This document shows, piece after piece, positions 1 through 8,913 of a stretch of DNA of 20,353 nt (positions within the stretch are counted from its first letter, which is position 1; every line of letters begins with the position of its first letter). The stretch lies in assembly GCA_031285625.1 (NCBI GenBank), contig JAITVV010000010.1, forward strand, positions 1 through 20,353, given 5' to 3'. Below the pieces are notes generated by a model. That model was not told where the DNA came from. It worked only from the letters and a program-made list of their open reading frames with translations, and did no database searches. Made by a program: the position numbers and the translations under genes. This stretch comes from Prevotella sp. (GTDB lineage: Bacteria > Bacteroidota > Bacteroidia > Bacteroidales > Dysgonomonadaceae).

Positions 1-307
1 GTTTGAGCATCACTTCGCGTGTCCTGGTGTCGAGCAGCTTGTCCAGGCTGATGGCCGGATGACCGTTGTAGCCGCGGAAAAGGCTTGTGGTATATTCCTG
101 TCCCGATGCGGCTCCCTGCGCGTCGTAGACGTTCAGGCGGAGGGAATCACCGCTGTAGTCCACCCAGCGGTAGCTGCCGTTCAGGTTCGTCCCCACGGGA
201 TTGGCCTGAAACCACAGTTCCGGTGAGTTCACGCCTCCGGGCGACTGGGCGTGGATTGCTCCTGCCAGCAAAAGCATGGACAGCAATCCCGTAAATCGTT
301 GTTTCAT
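1..307 (-). CDS. 5' part of a secreted protein (signal peptide; possibly T9SS cargo or a surface protein), continues off the window
   Basis: Manual reverse translation from ATG at 307 gives an open frame to the window edge: MKQRFTGLLSMLLLAGAIHA|QSPGGVNSPELWFQANPVGTNLNGSYRWVDYSG... It has a Sec signal with an A-x-x-A|Q type cleavage site. QxPGGV...LW is a start I recognise from Bacteroidetes secreted proteins. Not in the ORF track because it is truncated. Confidence 0.8.
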   Translation of the reverse strand, partial: MKQRFTGLLSMLLLAGAIHAQSPGGVNSPELWFQANPVGTNLNGSYRWVDYSGDSLRLNVYDAQGAASGQEYTTSLFRGYNGHPAISLDKLLDTRTREVMLK

Positions 308-1067
308 AAATAAATGTTTATAGGTTGATATAGATAAACAAAAGCCAGGTCAACTCCGAAAAGCTGATGTATAAAAGAGAAAATCCGGAACGGATTCCCG
401 TTAGGCCCACTTCATAAACAAGGTGTAATTTTAACCTTTGATAGATTGTTTAGTGTATAGATTTTTTCATAAGCATTAAATGTTGTTTTGGTTGTCTTTA
501 TATAATCAATATGTTATAAAATAAATAATATATTGTGGTGTACGATATACGAAAGTAAAATGATTATTTTATTTTGCAATATCTTATTGATATTAATTTC
601 CATCATATAGATTTTTTCTTATCCGTATTGCTGAAATCTATAAGGATAAAACAGGTATACGTATACAAAAAGTTACATTTGATAAAATTTAGTATATTGA
701 ATATTAATAAAATAAATATTTTACGATTAATAAAAAGTCATATCGGGTATTAGACCTTGTCATTTCTATATAATATGGCATATTTATTGTTTTTAAAATG
801 AATTATTGTTTTTTGACGATAAGAAAACGGATAAAATCACCTGAATTCCATTACTCAGGCAGAAAAATCCGTTAAATGAAGAACTTGATAAAAAATTTCA
901 TGTCTAAAAAATAATAAAATTCTGTTATACCTCTAACAAAGCCTATGAGTTTGTGCATTTGTTAGTGTGTACTCCAGTGATAGCATGACGGGATAAAAGT
1001 TAATTTTTATCAGAGGAGTTTTTAGAATAATCCTTATCTTTACCGATATGAATAAAAAATCAAGTAT

Positions 1068-2066
1068 ATGAACCGGATACTCTTTTACTTCTGCTGTTGC
1101 CTATCGTTTTTAACCGGTACTGTGCAGGCACAGGAAACCTCAGTTCAAATCTATGACGGAACGATAATAAAAGTCGGGGATATTATTCAGGCTGGGCATA
1201 AGTCATCCATATACCAGTATAATACGATAAAGACAATGACAGGAAACTATCTTCAAAACCACAAAGAGGATATTGCTTTTTCCAGATTGGAAGTCATTGG
1301 AATAAAGGACGCGAACAGGACTTACTCCTCTTCTGTAAAAGAAGCTACCTTTACAGTACGCGAATTATCAAGCGGAAAGGAACTTTTTATAGATATAAAT
1401 GCAGCTATTGAAAAGGGGGAAGTGATTGCCAGACCTGCAGAAAGGCTATATCCCAATGCAAAGTTTCTGAGCGATGATCTGTTGCTGGCTCTCACGCTCA
1501 GGGTAAACAAACTTCCTGTTACAGATAAGGAAATCCTGTTTTTCATCAGCTTGAAAGACAAAGACCTCTATCAAAAATGCAGGGCCGATGAGTTTGAATA
1601 TAACTCGATGAAAGCCGGATATTCCAAACAGTTGGAAGAGATGATGGCTGATTTTGATTTTACATCTGTCTATTATATCAACAATCAGGTAATCATTGAC
1701 AAGTACGATTTTACAAAGAATGGTTACCCGATCAATTTCATCGAAAATGAGAAATTAGGGTTTATGAAGTATGGGGACTACAACTTTACGTTCTCGGCCT
1801 ACAAGCCATTCCGGTTCATTCCGGTTACACAAGAATATGGAAAGGAAGTCAACAAGCGCAGGCAGGGACGAGATTCCTTTATCAGCAACGTGGCTTACGG
1901 ACGGTTTTACTTCAAACCGTTAGATAAAATGACGGAGTTGAAAAAGTCGGATATTCTGAATATAGAGAATCTATACAGAAAAACGATTATCGGAGCGGAG
2001 TTACTTGGTGTCGAGGTGTATGACTTCAAGCATTGTGATTATAACTTTATTGGGAGTGTGAAGTGA
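1068..2066 (+). CDS. Secreted/periplasmic hypothetical protein, 332 aa (possibly DUF4852-like C-terminal half)
   Basis: Long ORF with signal peptide MNRILFYFCCCLSFLTGTVQA|Q. The DEFE...YDF..GYP motifs recall DUF4852, but the domain call is tentative. Confidence 0.8.
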   Translation: MNRILFYFCCCLSFLTGTVQAQETSVQIYDGTIIKVGDIIQAGHKSSIYQYNTIKTMTGNYLQNHKEDIAFSRLEVIGIKDANRTYSSSVKEATFTVRELSSGKELFIDINAAIEKGEVIARPAERLYPNAKFLSDDLLLALTLRVNKLPVTDKEILFFISLKDKDLYQKCRADEFEYNSMKAGYSKQLEEMMADFDFTSVYYINNQVIIDKYDFTKNGYPINFIENEKLGFMKYGDYNFTFSAYKPFRFIPVTQEYGKEVNKRRQGRDSFISNVAYGRFYFKPLDKMTELKKSDILNIENLYRKTIIGAELLGVEVYDFKHCDYNFIGSVK

Positions 2067-2100
2067 TCAACAAGGTAAGGAAAATAGTAAAATGGACCTG

Positions 2101-2134
2101 AATCCTTGCTTTATAAATAAAAAAAACAAGGATT
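2101..2134. terminator. Imperfect hairpin (possible terminator) after the 1068-2066 gene
   Basis: AATCCTTG(CTTT) at 2101 pairs with (AAAA)CAAGGATT ending at 2134, around an AT-rich loop. Confidence 0.45.
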
Positions 2135-2169
2135 TAACCTCAAAAGCCTGTAAAGTTGCTGTATTTTTC

Positions 2170-2200
2170 TAACTTTGTAGATTGCATATGTATATGCAAT
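2170..2200 (+). promoter_or_regulatory. Bacteroidetes -7 promoter box plus an operator-like palindrome for the methyltransferase operon
   Basis: TAACTTTG at 2170-2177 matches the TAnnTTTG consensus. The perfect inverted repeat ATTGCATAT-gt-ATATGCAAT at 2181-2200 covers the expected transcription start. No clear -33 TTTG. Confidence 0.65.
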
Positions 2201-2218
2201 TTTGATTTTGATAAAGAT

Positions 2219-3481
2219 ATGAATTTTTTGCATTCAGAAATAGGGTCAGCCAAGGATAACTTTCATAGTCCTGTGCATAATTGGTACAAATTTACGGCTG
2301 GTTTTTCTTACAAATTTGTTGAGTCAATATTAGACAATGAAACAAAAAGTAAGGATCCAATTGTGTTTGAGCCATTTGCAGGTTGTGGGACAACGCTTGT
2401 GTCTTCTCAGAAGAAGCAAGTCAAAGCTGTTGGAAACGAAAGTCAAGAGTTCATGTTGGATATTATTAAAGCAAAACTCAACTGGGATATTGACGAGGTT
2501 GAGTGCATGAAAAGTATGTGTCAACTTGATAAGTATGTAAAAGATCGATTAATCAGTTTTGATATAGAAAAAAGCACTCACCCATTGCTACAATCTTTGT
2601 ATTCTCCTGAAACGCTAAAAATTTTATATCTCATTAGAAACGGACTGAAAGATATTGAATCTGAAAAAATAAAATTATTTTTCAAGTTGGGATTAAGTCA
2701 AATTATGCATAAATCAGCAATTCATCCAATTGCTATTCCTTATATTTCGAGAACTAAAAAATTAGCAAATAGCGGACATCCTTGGGAAAAGTTTCAAGCA
2801 ACTATTTCCCAAATGCTTCTTGATATAAGACCTTTAAAAGACATTTCATGCTCATCAGATATATATCTGCAAGATTCGAGATATATAAATGATCAAATAG
2901 AAAGTGCTTCATGTAATGTTTGTATAACCTCACCTCCATATTTAAATAATCTTGATTATGGTGAAGTCTCAAAAGTTCATACTCATTTTTTTGATATTAC
3001 TAATAATTGGAATGATATCACAACAAAAGTTAGACGCAATTTAGTTACTGGGGCAACTACTCATTATAAAGAGGCTGAGTTCGACCTTGATATATTCAAA
3101 GACTCCGAATTCTCTCAAAATAACAAATCAGTAATTGCTGATTTATCAGAAAAGTTTTTCCAAATTAAAAATATTGCAAAAGACAGAAAAGGGAAAAAGA
3201 GCTTCGATATACTGATGATGCATTACTTTGAAGATATGTATAATGTTTTAAAAGAAATTAAGCGAGTTCTTCAACAAAACAGCAAAGCCTATTTGATATT
3301 AGGAGATTCAGCACCTTATGGCGTTTATGTTCCGACGACAGAGATACTCGGCGAAATTTCAAAAAGTGTTGGATTTGATAATTTTGACATCTATAAAATT
3401 CGGTCGCGAGGTACGAAATGGAAGTCGTTAAAGAATAGACATAGTATTGAATTATCTGAAAATGTTTTAGTCTTAGAATGA
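2219..3481 (+). CDS. DNA methyltransferase, alpha class, probable N4-cytosine (420 aa)
   Basis: N-terminal HNWYKFTAGFS motif, SAM-binding motif I FEPFAGCGTT, then catalytic motif IV TSPPY, then YFEDM...LILGDS. Order I-TRD-IV means alpha class; SPPY is typical of m4C enzymes. Start moved from TTG 2156 to ATG 2219 because the -7 box lies between them. Confidence 0.9.
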   Translation: MNFLHSEIGSAKDNFHSPVHNWYKFTAGFSYKFVESILDNETKSKDPIVFEPFAGCGTTLVSSQKKQVKAVGNESQEFMLDIIKAKLNWDIDEVECMKSMCQLDKYVKDRLISFDIEKSTHPLLQSLYSPETLKILYLIRNGLKDIESEKIKLFFKLGLSQIMHKSAIHPIAIPYISRTKKLANSGHPWEKFQATISQMLLDIRPLKDISCSSDIYLQDSRYINDQIESASCNVCITSPPYLNNLDYGEVSKVHTHFFDITNNWNDITTKVRRNLVTGATTHYKEAEFDLDIFKDSEFSQNNKSVIADLSEKFFQIKNIAKDRKGKKSFDILMMHYFEDMYNVLKEIKRVLQQNSKAYLILGDSAPYGVYVPTTEILGEISKSVGFDNFDIYKIRSRGTKWKSLKNRHSIELSENVLVLE

Positions 3482-4477
3482 ATGAGTAAAGATATAAGTC
3501 TATATAAATCCAAGCGAATAGAACTTCCATCATTGACGGATGAGGCTCATTCCGAATTATCAAAAGGATGGAGTTTGTCTTATGTCTATTTTTTGAAGGA
3601 ATTAAGAGATATATTTTTAATCATTGTAAAATACAAAAGTGTAAATAAGTCTTTCATTTGGCAGAAGTGTAAGGAAGAAAATGTACTTCCGGAAGGTATT
3701 AATAACGAGTGGACTGAGAGGAATGTATTAGAGCGAATAAATGCATTAAAAAATTTCGGATTAATTTCTAAAGAAGGAGAAGTTGTTAATTCAAATATTT
3801 TTATCAGCAGTTTAGGTTCAGAATTAACAGTCGAAGATAAGAATATTTTCAAGTCAATTTTTTTTCAGTATTTTCGGTTTAGAGAAATTATATCATGGAT
3901 GATTAATCCCTATGTTGAAAACCGTTTAGAGATAATGTCATCAATAGATGAATCTAATATAAAAGAAAAAGTACAAGTTACTTTCCCATTTATAAATGAA
4001 GGGCGGTTTACCAATTCATTCTTTTTTGAGCTGAAGGATAATGCAGATATTTTTTACATAAATGATAAAAATTCTGATTTAATGCGCTTTTGGGATGTAT
4101 TTGTCAAATGGGGTACGACATTAGATTTGCTTGATAGATTCCAACTTAAATGGGCTGATATTAATGTTGTACCTAAAGTCAAAAGTCTTTCTTGTGTGTA
4201 TTTCAAAAAAGAGATTCAAAATGACTTTTCGTTGATTGAATTTATTCGTCAAAATTACAGATCAGACTATATCTATATTCCTCAACTGGTATTGGACATT
4301 GTAATGCTATACCGATTCCCTATTGATGGAATAAAGGAATTAATAGTTAACCAGTGTATAGAAAACAGAGATAAAATGAGTATGCAGCGGACATCGGAGA
4401 TTTTTATTGAAGAAAAAGAAAAAGTCCTTCTTCCAATGCATAGAAATACATATGTTTCCCACTTATTAATGCTATAG
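3482..4477 (+). CDS. Hypothetical protein, 331 aa, with winged-helix-like segments; putative DNA-binding component of the cassette
   Basis: ATG directly follows the MTase TGA. wHTH-like helices include TERNVLERINALKNFGLI, MRFWDVFVKWGTTLDLL and YIYIPQLVLDI...GIKELI. No catalytic motif recognised. Confidence 0.75.
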   Translation: MSKDISLYKSKRIELPSLTDEAHSELSKGWSLSYVYFLKELRDIFLIIVKYKSVNKSFIWQKCKEENVLPEGINNEWTERNVLERINALKNFGLISKEGEVVNSNIFISSLGSELTVEDKNIFKSIFFQYFRFREIISWMINPYVENRLEIMSSIDESNIKEKVQVTFPFINEGRFTNSFFFELKDNADIFYINDKNSDLMRFWDVFVKWGTTLDLLDRFQLKWADINVVPKVKSLSCVYFKKEIQNDFSLIEFIRQNYRSDYIYIPQLVLDIVMLYRFPIDGIKELIVNQCIENRDKMSMQRTSEIFIEEKEKVLLPMHRNTYVSHLLML

Positions 4478-4481
4478 TGTT

Positions 4482-5792
4482 ATGGAACAAAAAAAAATTG
4501 TAGAACAAATTTTAAAGGAAACCAAAAGTCACGAAGCCGATTCGATTAAAAACTTGGGACTTAAATTCAATCCGTTTCCTCGCTCTGGAATTGCCGATTC
4601 CAATAGTTCAGATGAAGTAATTGAATCACTTCCACCTATTAACAAAGAAACTATGAATGAAATAGTAGGCTTTGTTAAAGATTCTTTATTTAATAAGAAT
4701 CCGCAAGAAATAGACCCTTATTTGAGTCTTATAATCAGAGGTGATTATGGCACAGGGAAAACGCAGACATTATTTTTTATTAAATGGCTACTTGAAAGTT
4801 TGAGAGGAGAAAATGAAATCAATCCATATGTTGTATACATAGATAATCCGGGGTTAAAGCTTTCAGAATTAATAGGTTCAATAATTAATGAGATTGGGCA
4901 AGAAAATTTTAAGCGTTACTTGTGGGATGTTTTTCTAGTGCATCTAAATAAAAATCAGTCGCTATTAGAGCAGTTAAAATCAATTGGTAAGTCTAATGTT
5001 CCATCTCTTTTTTCTGAAGAATCCAAGCAATTAACTATCAATGAATATATTAGTTATAAAATATTTATTGACGATTTGTACAAAGGTGCAGATATAAAGA
5101 AGAAAAAGGAGATTCAAGATGCATTAAAAGTTGCTATCGTTAAATGTTTTGAAGAAATTGCGCCAAATACCAGTGTGGCTATTTATTTCTATGATTTAGT
5201 TGCAGACAATATTGGTATAAATAAAACGTGGGACTTGCTAACAACAGGCTCTATAAAGGAAATTGATAAACGAGAATTCTATATTCTAAAAACAATCGTT
5301 GATATTGTGAAAGGATTGGGGTATACTGACTTTATAATACTTGCTGATGAGTTCGAAGAAATAACGGCTGGACGACTACCAAAAACAGAAATAGATAATT
5401 ATTTAAGAAATCTAAGAACCCTAATTGATAAAGAAAAAAACTGGTGTGCTGTATTTGCAATGACAGGCAAAGCTCTCACTATGATTGAGCAATTTTCTCC
5501 ACCTCTTGCAGACCGTATTAAAGGACGAATAATTGATTTAAAACCTTTAAATATAGACACATCAAAAATATTAATAACCAATTATCTCAATTTGGCAAGA
5601 GATAATAGTTCTGAAATACATCCTTTTGATGAGTCTGCAATCTTGGCTCTTTTGGAATATACCGAAGGTTCCCCCCGCTTGTTATTAAAATATTGTTATT
5701 TATTAGTACAGAGGGCAAAAGATGATACTCAAGAAAATGCGATTATTAATGCTGATTTTGTAAAGCGATATGTAAAACCCTTAGACAATTAA
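4482..5792 (+). CDS. AAA+ P-loop ATPase (Orc1/Cdc6/ExeA-like; resembles BREX BrxC/BrxD ATP-binding domains), 436 aa
   Basis: LGLKFNPFP N-terminal motif, Walker A GDYGTGKT, a long helical insert, Walker B ILADEFE, sensor-1 VFAMT, Arg finger LADR and lid TEGSPR. Confidence 0.88.
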   Translation: MEQKKIVEQILKETKSHEADSIKNLGLKFNPFPRSGIADSNSSDEVIESLPPINKETMNEIVGFVKDSLFNKNPQEIDPYLSLIIRGDYGTGKTQTLFFIKWLLESLRGENEINPYVVYIDNPGLKLSELIGSIINEIGQENFKRYLWDVFLVHLNKNQSLLEQLKSIGKSNVPSLFSEESKQLTINEYISYKIFIDDLYKGADIKKKKEIQDALKVAIVKCFEEIAPNTSVAIYFYDLVADNIGINKTWDLLTTGSIKEIDKREFYILKTIVDIVKGLGYTDFIILADEFEEITAGRLPKTEIDNYLRNLRTLIDKEKNWCAVFAMTGKALTMIEQFSPPLADRIKGRIIDLKPLNIDTSKILITNYLNLARDNSSEIHPFDESAILALLEYTEGSPRLLLKYCYLLVQRAKDDTQENAIINADFVKRYVKPLDN

Positions 5793-5796
5793 CATT

Positions 5797-6855
5797 ATGC
5801 CAATATATGTTGATGATAAATTTAGAATCAATATTTTTCTTGATACGAATATTTTGATTGATGTTCTTGATGGGACTTTTGATAATCTAAATCATTCTAT
5901 CGATTTCTTTGTTTCTTCGGATTTCGTTACTCTCAAATCTTCTCACTATGTTATGTTTGAGATGGTGGAGAATCGGAAATGGAACCATTTTGCCAAAGAG
6001 GTTGTTAAACACACAGGTCTTATTGATTCTGTAAGAAAAAAATACAATTGGAGAATCAACGGTGTAAAATATGCAGACCATAAAGAGAATGTTCAACAAA
6101 AGGTCTTAGAAGAGAAAGAAAGGATAGTAAGGGATTTTACAATTGTTTGGGAAGAAAATGTATTACATCATGAATTATTGGCACCAACGTTAGATTTATG
6201 TTTAGAATCGACTATTTCAAGAGAGGATAGTTTGGTCTTACTTTCATGTGTATTTCCCAAAGAAAAGCAAAAAGAGGAACAAGTTCTTTTAATGAGTAGG
6301 GACAAGGAATTTAATAAAAGTTGTAATGAAGTAGACATTAGAAGTATATTTTCAAAACACGACTTATATGTTCCTGAAATGATAAGAACAGGATGTCTTT
6401 TTTGTAATAAACACCCGAAGCAAATAAATCTCAATGCCTCTCATCAACATACAAAAGACGAAATAGAACAGTTTTGGAAGCAAAAGATTATAGAAACTAT
6501 CGTTAACAAAAATAAGGATTCTTTTCTCGGATATACATATTCATTTAAACCAGCAGCAGGAGAAGGCTGCATATTTTTCAAATTACGTAAAAAGTCATCA
6601 CTAAATAACAATATTGGCTTAACAATTATCGGAAAGGATTTAGACTTTGTCTATTCTACCCACATTATATCTGGTTTCTGGAGTAATCAAAAAATAGACA
6701 ATTATCCGTTAGTTGATGATAACAATGAGTTACCTATTTCATTCAGACCATACGAAAGAAATGACAAGGGAAATGTTATAGAATTTCAAGATTCAGATTT
6801 GCTTTCAAAAATGAGAGAAAAAGGGAATCTTGTATTTATAAATGAAGATATTTAA
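5797..6855 (+). CDS. PIN-domain nuclease with an unknown C-terminal domain, 352 aa
   Basis: All four PIN acidic motifs are present: IFLDTNILID, FEMVE, SREDSLVL and LMSRDKEF. About 150 further residues, mainly beta-type, follow at the C-terminus. Confidence 0.85.
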   Translation: MPIYVDDKFRINIFLDTNILIDVLDGTFDNLNHSIDFFVSSDFVTLKSSHYVMFEMVENRKWNHFAKEVVKHTGLIDSVRKKYNWRINGVKYADHKENVQQKVLEEKERIVRDFTIVWEENVLHHELLAPTLDLCLESTISREDSLVLLSCVFPKEKQKEEQVLLMSRDKEFNKSCNEVDIRSIFSKHDLYVPEMIRTGCLFCNKHPKQINLNASHQHTKDEIEQFWKQKIIETIVNKNKDSFLGYTYSFKPAAGEGCIFFKLRKKSSLNNNIGLTIIGKDLDFVYSTHIISGFWSNQKIDNYPLVDDNNELPISFRPYERNDKGNVIEFQDSDLLSKMREKGNLVFINEDI

Positions 6856-6862
6856 AACCAAA

Positions 6863-6894
6863 GAAGCCTTGCTGAATTACTTCAGCAAAGCTTC
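6863..6894 (-). terminator. Intrinsic terminator between the convergent PIN gene and mobC
   Basis: GAAGCCTTGCTGAA-ttac-TTCAGCAAAGCTTC forms a 14-bp stem. The single mismatch becomes G-U on the minus strand and is followed by TTTGGTTT. Confidence 0.8.
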
Positions 6895-6900
6895 AAAAAT

Positions 6901-8904
6901 TTATTTCTTCATCAAATCCTTAAACTTCGGGTTATCCTTCAGCTTCACCAATTCCGAATCCACAATCTGCTGTGCCTCCTCCTTGATACGGTAATAGTTC
7001 CGCTCGATTTCCTGCTGCATCACATTTTGGCCGTCTTCAGTAATAAAGCTGGTAAACTCAGGGATTTTCTGATACGCTTTTGTTTCGGCAGCTACCTTTG
7101 TATTATCCACCACTATCTCGCAGTGAAAAATCTTCTGCTCAATCCGTTCATCAAAATTATCCGAGACCGAGCCGACAAACATCCCCTGTGTCAGCCCGCT
7201 GATTTTCGATGCAGGGATAAGTGAATCCAGTTGTGTGTTGATGGTGGTACTTTTATCCTGCTTGTTGATGGTCATCGACTGGCGTTTCTGCAACACTTTC
7301 CCAAAACGCTCCGATAGTGTTTTCGCCGTATCGCCCACTACTTGACCGGAAAAGATGTTTCCGACCGTGTTCATCACTACAGCCGCCTCCTTGTCGCCAT
7401 AATCGCGTTTCAACTGCGAGAAATCCTGAAATCCCAAACAGACCGCTACCTTGTTGCTTCGGGCAGTAGCAATCAGGTTGTCCAGCCCTTTGAAATAGAT
7501 GGTCGGCAACTCGTCAATAATCACTGATGATTTCAACATGCCTTTCTTGTTTATCAGTTTCACAATGCGGGAATTATATAAACCGAGAGCCGCCGAATAG
7601 ATGTTTTGACGGTCGGGATTATTGCCTACGCAAAGGACTTTCGGCTCATCGGGATTGTTGATGTCCAGCGTAAAATCATTGCCCGTCATCACCCAGTATA
7701 ATTGCGGCGAAATCATCCTCGACAAGGGTATTTTAGCACTTGCAATCTGCCCCTGGAGCTGATCTTGCGCATTGCCCAACCATGCATCCATAAAGGGAGA
7801 AAGATAGTTTTCGAGTTGTGGGTATGAGGTCAGAATAGGGAAAATATCGGTGTATTTCTTATTCAGAAATTCGATGGCATGAGGGAATGTACAATACTTA
7901 CCTCCATCATAGATTTTCAAATACCAGATTATAGCCGCCAGCAGGATAATCGGTGATTCCACAAAGAAGTCTCCCTGCTTGGTTATCCAGCTCTTATTGA
8001 GGTTTAACATAATTGTATAGGCTGATTCGTATGCATCACTGATGTCGGTCATGAAATCCGGGTTAATCGGGTTGCAGCGGTGGCTTCCGGCAGGATTATC
8101 AAAGTTGATAACAAAGAATTTCGGTTCTACCTTATATGCTTCCCTGTTGTCTATCAGTGTATTATAAGCGATAGTAGACAGGTCGGGATATTTGTAGTCA
8201 TAAATATATTGACTATAACCCTTGCAAATTTGCTGTTTTATGAAATTATTAACCACTGCATACGACTTTCCCGAGCCGGGAGTACCTAATACGATAGTCG
8301 CCCGGAACGGGTTGACAACGTTTATCCAGCCCCTGTTCCATTTCTTCTTGTAGAAAAACCGTGTCGGCAGATTCACCGAATACTCGTTTTCCATCAGGCG
8401 GGTTTCCTGCATGAAGCTTTCGTTGTCGATGTTGAAGACATCATCCATCAGGCGGTTCTTCAACAAACGGCTCATCCACAACCCAGCCATCAGTATACAG
8501 ATATAACCCAGTGACAAGGTGAATATATATAAGGCTGTGCTTGCCACCAATGGCATAAATAATTCCAGTACCCACCAGTTCAGGAAGAACAGGATGAAAC
8601 CGATACTACCTGAAACAGCTATCTTTGTCCACGTTATTTTTTCTTCCTTTACCCCTTTCGTTCCCAAACAGGACAGTCCCATAAATACTACGGCAAACAG
8701 TTTTGTCCACAACATATTGGAGAACAGCCCCGCCGTGCGGTTAAAGCCGAGCAGTATCTTATCCACCACCGTCAGGTTAAAGTCCAGCTCACGGATATAC
8801 CCGTAACAGAACCAGTAAATATGGATAAGAATAAATAAAATACTAATGGCCCGCATAAACTCCATCACTTTGGCGAGGCCTCTTAAATCATCTTCGTTTT
8901 GCAT
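6901..8904 (-). CDS. mobC: Conjugal transfer coupling protein MobC (VirD4/TraD-like, YWFCY domain)
   Basis: MQNEDDLRGLAK start, YWFCY motif, N-terminal TM helices, Walker A GTPGSGKS, Walker B IIDELPT and ARSNKVAVCLGFQD. Confidence 0.96.
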   Translation of the reverse strand: MQNEDDLRGLAKVMEFMRAISILFILIHIYWFCYGYIRELDFNLTVVDKILLGFNRTAGLFSNMLWTKLFAVVFMGLSCLGTKGVKEEKITWTKIAVSGSIGFILFFLNWWVLELFMPLVASTALYIFTLSLGYICILMAGLWMSRLLKNRLMDDVFNIDNESFMQETRLMENEYSVNLPTRFFYKKKWNRGWINVVNPFRATIVLGTPGSGKSYAVVNNFIKQQICKGYSQYIYDYKYPDLSTIAYNTLIDNREAYKVEPKFFVINFDNPAGSHRCNPINPDFMTDISDAYESAYTIMLNLNKSWITKQGDFFVESPIILLAAIIWYLKIYDGGKYCTFPHAIEFLNKKYTDIFPILTSYPQLENYLSPFMDAWLGNAQDQLQGQIASAKIPLSRMISPQLYWVMTGNDFTLDINNPDEPKVLCVGNNPDRQNIYSAALGLYNSRIVKLINKKGMLKSSVIIDELPTIYFKGLDNLIATARSNKVAVCLGFQDFSQLKRDYGDKEAAVVMNTVGNIFSGQVVGDTAKTLSERFGKVLQKRQSMTINKQDKSTTINTQLDSLIPASKISGLTQGMFVGSVSDNFDERIEQKIFHCEIVVDNTKVAAETKAYQKIPEFTSFITEDGQNVMQQEIERNYYRIKEEAQQIVDSELVKLKDNPKFKDLMKK

Positions 8905-8913
8905 AATAAAATC

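Noticed and set aside
85-294. 69-aa plus-strand ORF
   Set aside because: Shadow of the real minus-strand gene starting at 307.
2156-2218. TTG start extension of the MTase
   Set aside because: Overlaps the -7 box and operator palindrome; ATG 2219 is more plausible.
2219-6855. Calling the operon canonical BREX, type I/III R-M or McrBC/LlaJI
   Set aside because: No PglZ, helicase or HsdS, and the ATPase lacks the McrB NxxD signature.
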